From a virus, in the UHGV virus genome UHGV-0124208: 33,408 nt of DNA. The stretch is one strand, 5' to 3'. Shown here piece by piece: positions 18,950-27,144 of this stretch. The notes beneath the pieces are model-generated. The model saw nothing but the letters and a program-made list of their open reading frames with translations. It searched no databases and was not told where the DNA came from. How positions within the stretch are numbered: position 1 is the first letter of the stretch; every line of letters starts with the position of its first letter. The translations under genes were made by a program, and so were the position numbers.

Positions 18950-20046
18950 ATTTCAGCTCTGAACTGCTTAACAAAGGCAACAAAACTCCCGCATTCAGCA
19001 TCAGTATTGAGGGGAAGGATATCACCACTGTGCTGGATAACCGCCTGATGAGTCTGACGTTGACGGACAATCGGGGCTTTGAAGCAGACCAGCTTGATCT
19101 GGAGCTGGACGACGCCGACGGAAAAATCGTGCTGCCGCGCCGTGGTGCGGTCATCACGCTGGCGCTGGGCTGGAAGGGGCAGCCGCTTTTCCCGAAAGGG
19201 GCATTCACGGTGGACGAGATTGAACACACTGGCGCACCGGATCGCCTGACTATCCGGGCGCGAAGTGCTGATTTTAGGGAAACGCTGAATACCCGCCGTG
19301 AAAAATCGTGGCATAAGACCACCGTCGGGGAAGTGGTGAAGGAAATAGCCGCGCGGCACAAGCTGAAGATGGCACTGAGTAAAGACCTGTCGGATAAGCC
19401 CGTGGAGCATATAGACCAGACTAATGAGAGTGACGGCAGTTTTCTGATGCGGCTGGCGCGACAGTACGGTGCCATCGCGTCGGTGAAAAATGGCAATCTG
19501 TTATTCATCCGGCAGGGGCAGGGCAAAAGCGCCACTGGTAAACCTCTGCCAGTGATCACTATCACACGCAAGGACGGCGACAGTCACCGATTTACCCTGG
19601 CAGATCGCGGAGCCTACACGGGCGTAATTGCCAGCTGGTTGCATACCCGCGAACCTGCGAAGAAAGAAAGCACCACGGTGAAGCGTAAGCGCAGAACTAA
19701 GAAGCAGAAGAAAGAGCCAGAAGCGAAGCAGGGCGATTACCTGGTGGGTACGGATGAAAACGTGCTGGTACTTAATCGCACTTATGCCAACCGGAGCAAC
19801 GCCGAACGAGCGGCGAAAATGCAGTGGGAACGCCTGCAACGCGGCGTTGCGTCATTTTCTCTACAACTGGCAGAAGGGCGGGCAGATCTCTACACGGAAA
19901 TGCCTGTGAAGGTCAGTGGTTTTAAACAGCCGATAGATGATGCGGAATGGACCATTACGACTCTGACGCATACCGTAAGCCCGGATAATGGTTTTACGAC
20001 CAGTCTGGAGCTTGAAGTGAGGATTGATGATTTCGAAATGGAATGA
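18946..20046 (+). CDS. D: Tail protein gpD
   Basis: 366-aa ORF overlapping the U stop; last gene of the tail operon, as P2 D. Confidence 0.85.
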   Translation: MNFSSELLNKGNKTPAFSISIEGKDITTVLDNRLMSLTLTDNRGFEADQLDLELDDADGKIVLPRRGAVITLALGWKGQPLFPKGAFTVDEIEHTGAPDRLTIRARSADFRETLNTRREKSWHKTTVGEVVKEIAARHKLKMALSKDLSDKPVEHIDQTNESDGSFLMRLARQYGAIASVKNGNLLFIRQGQGKSATGKPLPVITITRKDGDSHRFTLADRGAYTGVIASWLHTREPAKKESTTVKRKRRTKKQKKEPEAKQGDYLVGTDENVLVLNRTYANRSNAERAAKMQWERLQRGVASFSLQLAEGRADLYTEMPVKVSGFKQPIDDAEWTITTLTHTVSPDNGFTTSLELEVRIDDFEME

Positions 20047-20136
20047 TTCTTCGCAATGGAGAACTTTTAAGTTTGCAAAATGGAATAATGCGGTATCATT
20101 ATTGTGAATTTAGCAAAAATGGGGAGAACTCGAAAA

Positions 20137-20355
20137 ATGATGATTTGCCCACTGTGTGGAAGTGCCGCCCATACTCGCAGCAGTTTTCAGGTATCTTCAT
20201 TGACCAAAGAGCGTTACAACCAGTGCCAGAACATTAACTGCAGCCATACTTTTGTTACCCATGAAACTTTTGTTCGTTCGATTGCAACGCCAAAAGAGTC
20301 AAATCCGGTTCAGCCGCATCCAATGAAATCAGGACAGGTAGCGCTCTCTCTTTGA
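20137..20355 (+). CDS. ogr: Ogr/Delta-family zinc-finger late transcription activator
   Basis: From ATG 20137: MMICPLCGSAAHTRSS...KERYNQCQNINCSHTF... (72 aa) with CxxC...CxxxxC spacing like P2 Ogr; the track start at 20104 is a GTG extension. Confidence 0.9.
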   Translation: MMICPLCGSAAHTRSSFQVSSLTKERYNQCQNINCSHTFVTHETFVRSIATPKESNPVQPHPMKSGQVALSL

Positions 20356-20520
20356 CGCTGCCGCCATTTTGTCGCCATCGTTAAAAAACAGTGCTTCTAA
20401 CATCATGATCTTAAACACCATAAATTTCAGGCAACAAAAAACCCATTTATGTAAACGGGTTAATGAAAACAATAAGTTAGAGTAAAAACAATAAGTTGGG
20501 TTGGTGGTCAGTGGTGGTTA
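20356..20520. other. Probable attP region between ogr and int
   Basis: AT-rich non-coding segment in the P2 attP position. It contains a near-palindrome ACCCATTTATGTAAACGGGT (20441-20460) and tandem AAAACAATAAGTT repeats (20466-20478, 20484-20497). It is flanked by a 21-bp direct repeat (20357-20377 and 20540-20560). The core itself is not identified. Confidence 0.5.
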
Positions 20521-21573
20521 TTACGGGGTAATGCCAACCGCTGCCGCCACTTTGTCGCCACTTGGCAGCGTTGCCAGAGGATTGAAACGGAGCGCCGTTT
20601 CCAGATGATCTGGTGCCAGATGTGCGTAACGCATAGTCATTTTTATATCGTGGTGTCCGAGAATTTTTTGTAAGGCGAGAATGTTTCCACCCGACATCAT
20701 GAAGTGCGCCGCAAACGTATGGCGCAGAACGTGTGTGAGTTGACCGCGAGGGAGCACGATAGACGTTTTTTCCATCACGGATAAAAATTGAAAATAGCAG
20801 TCTGTAAAGAAATTGAACCCATCAAGCGCCATGATCTCTTCGTAAAGCTCTTTACTGATAGGGATGCTTCTGTTTTTCTTCCCCTTCGTTCTGACAAAGG
20901 TAATTCGGTATTTGGTCACCTGTGAGCGGGTAAGATTTACGGCTTCACGCCAGCGTGCGCCTGTGCTTAAGCATATCTTAACTACCAGTGCCAGAATTGG
21001 GTCCTGACGTTTGCAATCAGCCAGCAATTCAACAATCTGCTCATGGGTAAGCCATGCCATCTCTTTTTCTGCGATGGTGAATTTTCGCATGTTCTCCAGT
21101 GGGTTCGGATACGACCATTCGCCCAGACGGGATAGTTCGCTAAAAACACTACTTAGATAGCTTTGCTCCAGGTTAATGGTGACCGGGCTTGCTCCTTTCT
21201 TCCATTTCTCGCTGAAGTAGATCTCGCCTGTCAGGCGTTTATCTCGATAGTGGGCAAACATTTTAGAGGTGAGATCGGTTGCAAGAGGATTACCCAGAGC
21301 GTCAACCATCAACAGCAATTTGTCATAGACATGCTGCCCAGCTGTCAGAGATTTACCATGTAGTTTGAACCATAGCTCAACCACGTCTTTCAGTGTTCGA
21401 CGATCCACTGATTCACCCAGCCAGGGCTTTGCTTCGGTTTCTTCTATCGTGTGGCGCTCAAAAGCCAGAGCTTCGCCTTTGGTGGCGAATTGTTTACGCA
21501 CCCGACGCCCACTACGTCCGGCGGGGTAACATTCGCAAAGCCATTTTCCTGTGGTGAGTTTTCGTACTGCCAT
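20521..21573 (-). CDS. int: Tyrosine integrase
   Basis: 350-aa minus-strand ORF; the C-terminus has HVLRHTFAAHF...GHHDIKMTMRYAHL (the R..HxxR..Y tyrosine-recombinase signature); adjacent to attP as in P2. Confidence 0.9.
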   Translation of the reverse strand: MAVRKLTTGKWLCECYPAGRSGRRVRKQFATKGEALAFERHTIEETEAKPWLGESVDRRTLKDVVELWFKLHGKSLTAGQHVYDKLLLMVDALGNPLATDLTSKMFAHYRDKRLTGEIYFSEKWKKGASPVTINLEQSYLSSVFSELSRLGEWSYPNPLENMRKFTIAEKEMAWLTHEQIVELLADCKRQDPILALVVKICLSTGARWREAVNLTRSQVTKYRITFVRTKGKKNRSIPISKELYEEIMALDGFNFFTDCYFQFLSVMEKTSIVLPRGQLTHVLRHTFAAHFMMSGGNILALQKILGHHDIKMTMRYAHLAPDHLETALRFNPLATLPSGDKVAAAVGITP

Positions 21574-21597
21574 AAAAAAGCCCTCATGTCAGAGGGC
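21574..21597 (-). terminator. Intrinsic-terminator-like hairpin plus U6 on the minus-strand transcript, ending immediately 5' of the int start codon
   Basis: Plus strand aaaaaa-GCCCTC-atgtca-GAGGGC; on the int-sense RNA this is GCCCUC-UGACAU-GAGGGC-UUUUUU-AUG. The 3' arm also contains the only SD-like sequence (GAGGG) for int. Confidence 0.55.
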
Positions 21598-21646
21598 TAA
21601 ATTTAACTGTATGTTTGACCAGTGGTCAATGTATGTAAATATTAAA

Positions 21647-23416
21647 TCATACGTCAGGGGTAATCCAGTCGACTAAAGCCTCAATACTTTCGAAATCTGC
21701 ACAGATATCTGAAAGAGGTTGTGTATCTGCTTTTGTTTTGAAATCAGCCCATACTGATTCATTTTTTTCTGTAAGACCCAAATGGTTTTCTATCGAACCA
21801 TTTAGCCAAATCCAAATATTTGCATTTCTCAGTTTTGCGGCTAATGATGACAAAAATTCTCTGGCGCCGGGCTTTTGAGACATAATAGCAAATGCTTCAG
21901 CTGCGGTAGTGTTACTACCCTTTGTAGGCAAACCGGATCCATCGAGAGTGCATTCTCCATTAGCATGCATACTTCTCAAGATTTCTTTTAGTCGTAAAAT
22001 ATCCTCGTCATTATGTTCTAAGAAGTTGTTCCTTATTGCACCGCGGAACGCAAAATCTAAATCAACAATTGCTTTTGTAGGTATATCCATTGAATTTAGA
22101 ATTTGCATCGTTTTAGATATACTTTCAACGGACCCTGTTTCAATTAGTGCTATTTGCATCTGACCTAATGTTTTATTTTTAACTTTGTTAAAAATAAATG
22201 GGAGCAGAGTAGTCTCTGTTTTACCTTCTGTTAGTATTACATTGTTAGCAAACAAAACTTTTGAAGACTGTGTTAATGAAAATAAATGGGTTGCTTGTGC
22301 TGGTCGTTGTTCGATTACTTTATTGACTGCTTCTTTTAATGTTAATCTGCAATGAGTGCCACGCTGACTGTTTTTTCTGATTAACACAGTGTCTTTTGCT
22401 AAGTCAGAGGTAATCATTTGAGATGAATGGGTAGAGAAAATTATTTGATATCCATGATGAGATAGTGTTTTTAGAGATTCTCTAATTTGTTCGATAGCAA
22501 ATGGGTGAAGATATAACTCAGGTTCATCTATTAACAGTAGAGTAGTTGTTTTAATATCATCACCGTTGGTTATATCAGCTAAATGTCTTATTAGAGACAT
22601 CTGAATCGAACGCTGTGTGCCATGACCATAAGAAGAACAGTCACGAGCAATGCCGGGAAATGAATCTTCATATACTTTTACAGTCCCAGATTTAAATATA
22701 TCCTTGAAGTCAGGGAGTTCGAAGTGTAGTTTTAAACTTATCCCAGGGAAGAAATCAGCAAGTTTACTACTTATTGAATCATCAATATCATTGAGGTCCG
22801 ATATTCGTTTATTACCGGTTGCAGTCATTCTTCTATTAACGGCATTTAAATGGCTTAGTATCCTTTGAGTGTGCTTCTCTTCTATTTTGCAACTCAATTC
22901 TGCCAGCAACTTACCTATTGTAGTTCCTGTTTTTGATTTTGAAGAATCATCCGCTGCATTTTCCATTGCACCTATACGTATTGGGTCTGGAAATAAAGCT
23001 TTTATCGCATTCTCAATACCCGTTGGTGATGTCCTGAATTCGTTATTTTCTGGGTTTTTAATTAATAATCTGACGTCTTTTGCACTTTGAGCACCAACAG
23101 TCTGTTGACGCTTAAATATCAATACCCCATCAATAATGTAGGGTGAAATTCTAGTTCTGTTTTCTTCTGTTAAAGCTGACAAAATATCTTCAGTAATACC
23201 CTTAACTGTACCTATAACTTCTATAGGGTTATCTGGATTAGTATAATCATCAGAGGACAAAAGTTTTTTCTTAAAAAGCCATTCAATAGCATTTAAAATC
23301 GTTGACTTACCAGCATTGTTGTAACCGATTAAAGGCGTGAATGAAGAAAAATTGATATCAATATCTTTGCAAGATCTAAAGTTTTTTATAGAAATCTTTG
23401 AAAGATGATGATTCAT
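21647..23416 (-). CDS. old: OLD-family ATP-dependent nuclease (N-terminal ABC-type ATPase + C-terminal Toprim), P2 Old-like, single-gene
   Basis: 589-aa ORF. N-terminal Walker A in ISIKNFRSCK...LIGYNNAGKSTILNAI; central FGHGTQRSIQM and LLIDEPELYLHP (Walker B-like); C-terminal VILTEGKTET...VDLDF Toprim-like acidic motifs. AT-rich relative to flanks. Located between cI and int. Confidence 0.75.
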   Translation of the reverse strand: MNHHLSKISIKNFRSCKDIDINFSSFTPLIGYNNAGKSTILNAIEWLFKKKLLSSDDYTNPDNPIEVIGTVKGITEDILSALTEENRTRISPYIIDGVLIFKRQQTVGAQSAKDVRLLIKNPENNEFRTSPTGIENAIKALFPDPIRIGAMENAADDSSKSKTGTTIGKLLAELSCKIEEKHTQRILSHLNAVNRRMTATGNKRISDLNDIDDSISSKLADFFPGISLKLHFELPDFKDIFKSGTVKVYEDSFPGIARDCSSYGHGTQRSIQMSLIRHLADITNGDDIKTTTLLLIDEPELYLHPFAIEQIRESLKTLSHHGYQIIFSTHSSQMITSDLAKDTVLIRKNSQRGTHCRLTLKEAVNKVIEQRPAQATHLFSLTQSSKVLFANNVILTEGKTETTLLPFIFNKVKNKTLGQMQIALIETGSVESISKTMQILNSMDIPTKAIVDLDFAFRGAIRNNFLEHNDEDILRLKEILRSMHANGECTLDGSGLPTKGSNTTAAEAFAIMSQKPGAREFLSSLAAKLRNANIWIWLNGSIENHLGLTEKNESVWADFKTKADTQPLSDICADFESIEALVDWITPDV

Positions 23417-23459
23417 TTTAGACTCCTCCAGTAAGTATTTAAAAGTAATGTCTGCAATG

Positions 23460-24398
23460 TTATTGTATTGTTAAGATAATGCTGGCTATAATTTGAATAT
23501 CCTCAATGGAACACTCAAAATCCTTACTCCCACCAGAAACAAGAATTTTGTTCTTAGGTAAACGAGTTAACTCTTTTAAAGATAACTCATTGTCAATTCC
23601 TACTAACCATTTTCCATCTCTAATTAGGTGAAATTCTTTATCACATATGACATGTTTTTCTCCATTGCTTACAAACATCAAGCTGCTAGTTTCTTGCTTC
23701 GGAAGTAGACACCGATCCATGGATAAAAAACCTGACTCGACAAGCACGCCATTGACCAAATTGAACTTATTTAAAATTACAGTGTTTTCTTCTTGTGAAC
23801 TATTTGGTGTTTCGATTCCTGTAACTAGCCAGGCGAGATCCGCTTTGGTTTCTAATGCGCATTTAATCACCCAATCCGCAGGGAAAGAATCTCGCATGTA
23901 TCGTGTGGCTAATGTGCTTTTTGAAATACCAAGGTGGTCGGCTAAGGCTTGGCGGGTTTTAAACCCGTAAGCATTAACAATCCTCTCTATCGCGGCTTTT
24001 CCTCCGTTAGTAAGCTCAATGTGATTCTCAATGCGGCGCTTAAAGGATGATTGATGAGCGTTGCTGTTAAACCCCTCATGTGGGACTGTTTCATCATGTT
24101 GTTCCACATAAGGGGGGAAACTTTCTTCTGCATTGTTAGAACCAAAGGCCAGCCATTCTAGGGATGCGCCAGTTTCCATTGAACATATAACAACCCAATC
24201 AGCAGGGAAGGTATCGCGTGCATATCTATTAGCCATTGTGCTTTGTGAAATACCAAGATGCTTACAGAAGGCTTGGCGTGATTTGAAACCATAGGCCTTG
24301 AGTATCCTCTCAATGACTTTTTGCCCTCCACGATTCTGCATGACCATAGCTTTCAGACTATCTTCAATATGGCGAAATGTGATTTTTTGAGTTGACAT
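23460..24398 (-). CDS. cI: Immunity repressor CI, coliphage 186 type, with a tandemly duplicated N-terminal DNA-binding domain
   Basis: 312-aa ORF. Residues about 28-85 (VIERILKAYGFKSRQAFCKHLGISQSTMANRYARDTFPADWVVICSMETGASLEWLAFG) and about 128-185 (AIERIVNAYGFKTRQALADHLGISKSTLATRYMRDSFPADWVIKCALETKADLAWLVTG) are two copies of the 186 CI N-terminal domain motif; about 125-aa C-terminal domain. Divergent from apl-cII. Confidence 0.75.
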   Translation of the reverse strand: MSTQKITFRHIEDSLKAMVMQNRGGQKVIERILKAYGFKSRQAFCKHLGISQSTMANRYARDTFPADWVVICSMETGASLEWLAFGSNNAEESFPPYVEQHDETVPHEGFNSNAHQSSFKRRIENHIELTNGGKAAIERIVNAYGFKTRQALADHLGISKSTLATRYMRDSFPADWVIKCALETKADLAWLVTGIETPNSSQEENTVILNKFNLVNGVLVESGFLSMDRCLLPKQETSSLMFVSNGEKHVICDKEFHLIRDGKWLVGIDNELSLKELTRLPKNKILVSGGSKDFECSIEDIQIIASIILTIQ

Positions 24399-24420
24399 AT
24401 TCTTTATGTGAACCTATTCT
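24392..24420 (+). promoter_or_regulatory. Candidate rightward lytic promoter (pR-like) for apl-cII, overlapping the cI start codon
   Basis: TTGACA (24392-24397), 17-bp spacer, TATTCT (24415-24420); about 65 bp upstream of the apl ATG. Sequence-only call. Confidence 0.4.
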
Positions 24421-24485
24421 CCGTTTTGTGATGTTTTGTCACGATTAATACCGGCTCACCACAAGCCAATAGGAGATGTTGCATC

Positions 24486-24707
24486 ATGACCCCTAACATT
24501 TCAATAACTCTGAATACGCCACACGTCACAATTGAGCGTTATAGCGAACTTACTGGTCTTTCTATCGACACCATCAACGATATGCTGGCTGATGGTCGTA
24601 TCCCTCGCCATCGCCTTCGGAAAGACAAGAAAAGAGAAAAGGTAATGATCAACCTTGCTGCTCTTACCGTTGATGCACTTACTGATTGCAATGTTGTATT
24701 CAACTAG
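24486..24707 (+). CDS. apl: Apl/Cox-like small HTH protein (excisionase / lytic-switch repressor)
   Basis: 73-aa ORF, first gene of the rightward operon opposite cI; contains an HTH-like segment [24 protein letters not shown]. Confidence 0.7.
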   Translation: MTPNISITLNTPHVTIERYSELTGLSIDTINDMLADGRIPRHRLRKDKKREKVMINLAALTVDALTDCNVVFN

Positions 24708-24739
24708 TTCCATTTTGGGATGCATCAGGAGTGTCGACT

Positions 24740-25249
24740 ATGTTTGATTACCAAGTTTCCAAACATCCACATTTTGATGAAGCCTGTCGTGCATTTGCAC
24801 TGCGCCACAACCTGGTGCAACTGGCAGAACGTGCAGGCATGAATGTACAGATTCTGCGGAACAAGCTGAACCCAGCTCAACCTCATTTATTAACCGCACC
24901 AGAAATCTGGCTGCTTACCGATCTGACTGAAGATTCAACGCTGGTAGATGGTTTTCTGGCACAGATTCATTGTCTGCCATGTGTTCCGATTAATGAGGTA
25001 GCGAAAGAGAAACTGCCGCATTACGTTATGAGTGCAACTGCAGAGATAGGGCGTGTCGCGGCAGGTGCGGTTTCTGGCGATGTAAAAACCAGTGCAGGCC
25101 GTCGTGATGCGATCAGCAGCATTAACTCTGTTACACGACTGATGGCGCTGGCTGCTGTTTCATTGCAGGCCCGTTTACAGGCTAATCCTGCGATGGCGAG
25201 TGCAGTTGATACCGTGACTGGCCTCGGTGCCTCATTCGGTTTGCTGTGA
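24740..25249 (+). CDS. cII: CII-like lysogeny-establishment activator (186 CII family)
   Basis: From ATG 24740 (RBS AGGAG): [45 protein letters not shown]...[25 protein letters not shown]..., which matches 186 CII as I recall it; 169 aa. Confidence 0.8.
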   Translation: MFDYQVSKHPHFDEACRAFALRHNLVQLAERAGMNVQILRNKLNPAQPHLLTAPEIWLLTDLTEDSTLVDGFLAQIHCLPCVPINEVAKEKLPHYVMSATAEIGRVAAGAVSGDVKTSAGRRDAISSINSVTRLMALAAVSLQARLQANPAMASAVDTVTGLGASFGLL

Positions 25250-25256
25250 GGTGCTT

Positions 25257-25457
25257 ATGCTGACGAAAGAACCATCATTTGCATCGCTGCTGGTAAAACA
25301 AAGCCCGGCAATGCACTACGGTCACGGCTGGATCATGGGGGAGGATGGTAAACGCTGGCATCCGTGCCGTTCACAAGATGAATTGCTGGCAGAACTATCT
25401 ACGAAAAAACGGGGGAACAAATGGCTATTGAAGGCGCTGCGGCGACTGTTCCATTAA
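25257..25457 (+). CDS. Small early protein, function unknown (occupies the position of fil in 186)
   Basis: 66-aa ORF from ATG 25257 (MLTKEPSFASLLVKQ...); the assignment is positional only. Confidence 0.5.
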   Translation: MLTKEPSFASLLVKQSPAMHYGHGWIMGEDGKRWHPCRSQDELLAELSTKKRGNKWLLKALRRLFH

Positions 25458-25762
25458 GCCCCGGTGAACGCCTGAATGGACTTAACCATATTGCGGAGTT
25501 AAGGGCGAAAGTATTTGGCCTGAATATTGAGTCAGAGCTTGAGCGGTTTATTAAAGATATGCGTGATCCACGGGATATCAATAACGAACAAAATAAACGG
25601 GCACTGGCTGCTATATTCTTTATGGCAAAAATTCCAGCTGAACGTCATAGCATCAGCATTAATGAGCTGACCACTGACGAAAAGCGGGAGTTGATTAAAG
25701 CAATGAATCATTTTCGTGCAGTGGTGAGCTTATTTCCCAGACGGCTAACCATGCCGAATTAA
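25421..25762 (+). CDS. Hypothetical early protein
   Basis: 113-aa ORF with RBS GGGGGAACAA before ATG 25421; no family recognised. Confidence 0.5.
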   Translation: MAIEGAAATVPLSPGERLNGLNHIAELRAKVFGLNIESELERFIKDMRDPRDINNEQNKRALAAIFFMAKIPAERHSISINELTTDEKRELIKAMNHFRAVVSLFPRRLTMPN

Positions 25763-25829
25763 CCAACTAATGAAATTGATGGCGTAAACCCGCCGGGTAT
25801 CCCTTTATCTAAATTCAGGAGAATTGATT

Positions 25830-26063
25830 ATGCGTAATATTGAAACCCTCACGACTAAAACCGGACCGGATGATGCAGGGCTTAATAGTTTACTGACAGA
25901 GGCTCGTCTGGAAGAACGCCGGGCAAGGGCTGAAGCAATGGCAGCTCGCCTTGATAGCCTGGCGTGTCATATCACATCCCGCCAGCTAAACCACGTCGAA
26001 GCAGCAGAACTACTTCGTGTAACTGCTGAAGCAATCCAGAACGAAGCGCAGGAGATCCACTAA
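25830..26063 (+). CDS. Hypothetical early protein
   Basis: 77-aa ORF from ATG 25830 (RBS AGGAG at 25817-25821); no family recognised. Confidence 0.5.
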   Translation: MRNIETLTTKTGPDDAGLNSLLTEARLEERRARAEAMAARLDSLACHITSRQLNHVEAAELLRVTAEAIQNEAQEIH

Positions 26064-26290
26064 TGGCTGATGCAATGGATCTTGTACAGCAGCGCGTTGA
26101 AGAAGAACGCCAGCGCCATATCCGTGCTGCCCGTGCCAAAACGCCGGGCGTGTCCCGCGTGCTTTGCATTGAGTGTGAAGCGCCAATTCCGCCAGCACGC
26201 CGCCGCGCCATTCCAGGTGTGCAGCTTTGCATTACCTGTCAGGAAATCGCAGAGCTGAAAGGCAAACATTACAACGGAGGTGCTGTATGA
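26063..26290 (+). CDS. TraR/DksA-family C4 zinc-finger protein
   Basis: 75-aa ORF with CIECEAPIP...CITCQ (CxxC-N17-CxxC), characteristic of phage TraR-like proteins (P2 orf82-like position). Confidence 0.75.
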   Translation: MADAMDLVQQRVEEERQRHIRAARAKTPGVSRVLCIECEAPIPPARRRAIPGVQLCITCQEIAELKGKHYNGGAV

Positions 26291-27144
26291 GCACCATCCT
26301 GAAATGGGCGGGAAATAAAACCGCAATTATGTCCGAACTGAAAAAACACCTTCCTGCTGGCCCGCGACTGGTTGAACCTTTCGCGGGTTCCTGTGCTGTG
26401 ATGATGGAGACGGATTATCCAAGCTATCTGGTTGCGGATATTAATCCTGATTTAATCAACCTCTATAAAAAGGTTGCCGCTGATTGTGAATCGTTTATAT
26501 CTCGCGCCAGAGTTTTATTTGAGATCGCAAACAGGGAGGTGGCTTATTACAACATAAGGCAGGAGTTTAATTACTCCACTGAAATTACTGATTTCATGAA
26601 AGCGGTATATTTCCTGTATCTCAATCGTCACGGTTACCGTGGTTTATGTCGCTATAACAAGAGCAGGCATTTCAACATTCCCTACGGTAATTATAAAAAT
26701 CCGTATTTCCCTGAAAAAGAACTTCGCACATTTGCAGAAAAAGCCCAGCGAGCAACGTTTGTCTGCGCCAGCTTTGATGAAACGCTGGCGATGTTGAAGG
26801 CGGGGGATGTGGTGTATTGCGATCCGCCGTATGACGGTACGTTTTCCGGCTATCACACTGATGGTTTCACTGAAGATGACCAGTATCACCTGGCATCCGT
26901 TCTTGAACATCGGTCATCAGAAGGACATCCGGTCATTGTTTCTAACAATGACACATCCCTGATTCGTTCGCTGTATCGCAATTTTACTCACCACTATATC
27001 AAGGCAAAACGCAGCATCGGCGTGTCAGCTGGCGAGGGTAAATCTGCAACAGAAATCATTGCTGTTTCCGGGCCGAGTTGCTGGTTGGGATTTGATCCTT
27101 CGCGTGGCGTGGATAGTTCTGCCGTGTACGGAGTGTGTGTATGA
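26287..27144 (+). CDS. DNA N6-adenine methyltransferase (Dam/D12 class)
   Basis: From ATG 26287: [11 protein letters not shown]...EPFAGSCAV... (AdoMet-binding region) and VYCDPPYDG (DPPY catalytic motif); overlaps the upstream stop (ATGA) and the A start. Confidence 0.85.
   Translation: MSTILKWAGNKTAIMSELKKHLPAGPRLVEPFAGSCAVMMETDYPSYLVADINPDLINLYKKVAADCESFISRARVLFEIANREVAYYNIRQEFNYSTEITDFMKAVYFLYLNRHGYRGLCRYNKSRHFNIPYGNYKNPYFPEKELRTFAEKAQRATFVCASFDETLAMLKAGDVVYCDPPYDGTFSGYHTDGFTEDDQYHLASVLEHRSSEGHPVIVSNNDTSLIRSLYRNFTHHYIKAKRSIGVSAGEGKSATEIIAVSGPSCWLGFDPSRGVDSSAVYGVCV

Noticed and set aside
20073-20100. Sigma-70 promoter for ogr (TTGCAA ... ATCATT)
   Set aside because: The -35 and -10 hexamers are weak matches and the spacer length is ambiguous (15 to 17 bp); kept as a possibility only.
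20356-20520. tRNA gene fragment at attP
   Set aside because: Many P2-like phages integrate into tRNA genes, but I could not recognise an acceptor-stem / T-arm-like sequence here; without a structure prediction this stays unsupported.
21647-23416. Assigning the ATPase/Toprim gene to a Gabija (GajA/GajB) or PARIS (AriA/AriB) two-gene system
   Set aside because: No helicase or separate Toprim/DUF4435 partner gene is adjacent; ATPase and Toprim are fused in one polypeptide, which fits single-gene class-1 OLD better.
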